Source: Octopus sinensis
Taxonomy: Eukaryota
Assembly (NCBI RefSeq): GCF_006345805.1
Contig: NW_021823640.1
Location: 1-21,624, forward strand
Reading direction: 5' to 3'
Length of the DNA: 21,624 nucleotides
In this document: positions 20,212 to 21,624 of the stretch, piece after piece
Position numbering within the stretch: the stretch's first letter is position 1
Layout: every line of letters begins with the position of its first letter
Position numbers and translations under genes: made by a program
Notes under the pieces: model-generated
What the model was told of the DNA's origin: nothing
The model's database searches: none
Seen by the model: only the letters and a program-made list of their open reading frames with translations

Positions 20212-20528
20212 GTGGAGGCGTAATGGCCCAGTGGCTAGGGCAGCGGACTCCCGGTCGGAGAATCACGGTTTGGATTCCCAGACCGGGCGTTGTGCGTGTT
20301 TATTGAATGAAAACATCAAAATCTCCACGAGGTTCCAACAGGGGTAGGTGGCGACCCCTGTTGTACTCCTTCGCCCCGACTTTCTCTCACTCTTTGTTCC
20401 TGTTTCTTGAGTAACGCTTCGATGGACTGGGCTCCCGTCCAGCTGGTGGGAACACATACGACATAGAAACCGGGAAACCGGGCCCATGATCCTGGCTAGG
20501 CTTGAAAAGGGCGCATAAATAAAATAAA
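20212..20528 (+). mobile_element. SINE family A, full length
   Basis: GTGGAGGCGTAATGGCCCAGTGGCTAGGGCAGCGGAC head. Tail related to the 2351 copy (CGATGGACT...CCAG...GGGAAC...GAAACCGG). No clear TSD. Confidence 0.88.
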
Positions 20529-20944
20529 CTTACAATGAACTTTACGAAGCTCGCTCCATCAAATAAGCTGCTGACCTGCCTCCCAAGCACAGAAAATATT
20601 TTGGACTTTGGTAAATAGAATGTTGCCACAAACGCCGATCACTCCATCAACAGAACCATGATAATAACGGAAAATTCGAACCTCACGTTCTATAAAAGAT
20701 TAGTCGAAATTTTGACAGATAATGATTGTAAAATGATCGTTGGAATCCTTTCTGGATGACCAGGAGGCATTCTTCGAAGAACGGTTCGAAATATATATAA
20801 ATATTGGCATTCTAGTAAATTTCCAAACGTCTTTGATTAGGTTAAAATAAATCCGTTTCCATTATGGAGTAAAGAGGAATGGATTCCAGATACCGAAAAC
20901 GTTGGATTAGGTGTTTTATACGCTCACTTGACAACAAAGTGATT

Positions 20945-21187
20945 TCGGGTTTTTTCCCACTCAGTGGCACTTGGACCCACAATTTTCCCTTATAGCCTCG
21001 GGTTGTTGATGCATTATACATGTACATACTAGATGGAAACTGTGCGGAAGCCGTGTGTGGCTGTATGGCAAAGTAGTTGGCTTCCTAACCACATGCATAT
21101 ATGTATACATATCTATATATTTATCTCTATCTATCTATCTATCTATTTATCTATCTATTATGTATATGCGGCTGTATATAGGTATAT

Positions 21188-21240
<53 letters not shown>

Positions 21241-21480
21241 AGTATATATATAGATATACGTTGTGTGTCTTGGTTTTTTTTTTCCTTTCCCCCGTCCACC
21301 ACTTGACAACCGATGTTGGTCCCCGTAACTTAGTGCTTCGGCAAACAGAGACCGATAAAATAAGTGCTAGGAGGCCTACAAAGACTAAGTCCTGGGGTCG
21401 AATTGTTCGACTAAAGGCGGTGCTCTAGCTTGGCCGCAGTCAAACGCCCGAAACCCAAAAAGTAAAAGATTAAAAGATTA
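20945..21480 (+). mobile_element. Degenerate/rearranged SINE family B: middle segment (20945-21042), head (21053-21095), microsatellite, right half (21270-21480)
   Basis: The right half clearly matches 11907-12110 (CTTGACAACCGATG, CCCCGTAACTTAG, GGGGTCGA, GGCGGTGCTC). The left pieces are weak. Confidence 0.7.
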
Positions 21481-21489
21481 GGTAAAGCA

Positions 21490-21522
21490 TATATAAAAAT
21501 ATATATATATATATATATATAC

Positions 21523-21620
<98 letters not shown>

Positions 21621-21624
21621 ATAT
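21490..21624. repeat. Long (TA)n microsatellite running to window end
   Basis: Direct inspection. Confidence 0.97.

Noticed and set aside
386-21306. Most ORFs in the six-frame track (poly YI, CV, HT, YLSI, MYVC, poly-I/Y/L/S/V/A)
   Set aside because: They are translations of di-, tri- and tetranucleotide microsatellites that lack stops by composition; no domain content.

Overview
AT-rich, microsatellite-saturated animal DNA. The SINE families and dense (TA)/(CA)/(TATG)/(GATA)/(ATT) tracts look like octopus or another coleoid cephalopod (inference). It is probably intronic or intergenic, and no host gene can be firmly called; nearly every ORF in the track is a microsatellite read-through. The real content is retroelement debris: three tRNA-type SINE families, two 3' ends of a CR1/L2-like LINE, fragments of an R4/Dong-type restriction-like-endonuclease retrotransposon stacked in (TAA)n arrays, and a Penelope-like repeat. 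The most striking signal is in the Penelope-like repeat. It carries a minimal type I hammerhead-ribozyme fold with a non-canonical core (CUGUYGA), present in four copies. Two copies are tandem 283 nt apart (retrozyme-like geometry) and overlap a ~320 bp inverted duplication at 5169-6001. Other highlights are a covarying 3' stem-loop shared by a LINE and a SINE, one SINE head with three different tails, a chimeric SINE with a foldback junction, and a pre-miRNA-like hairpin.
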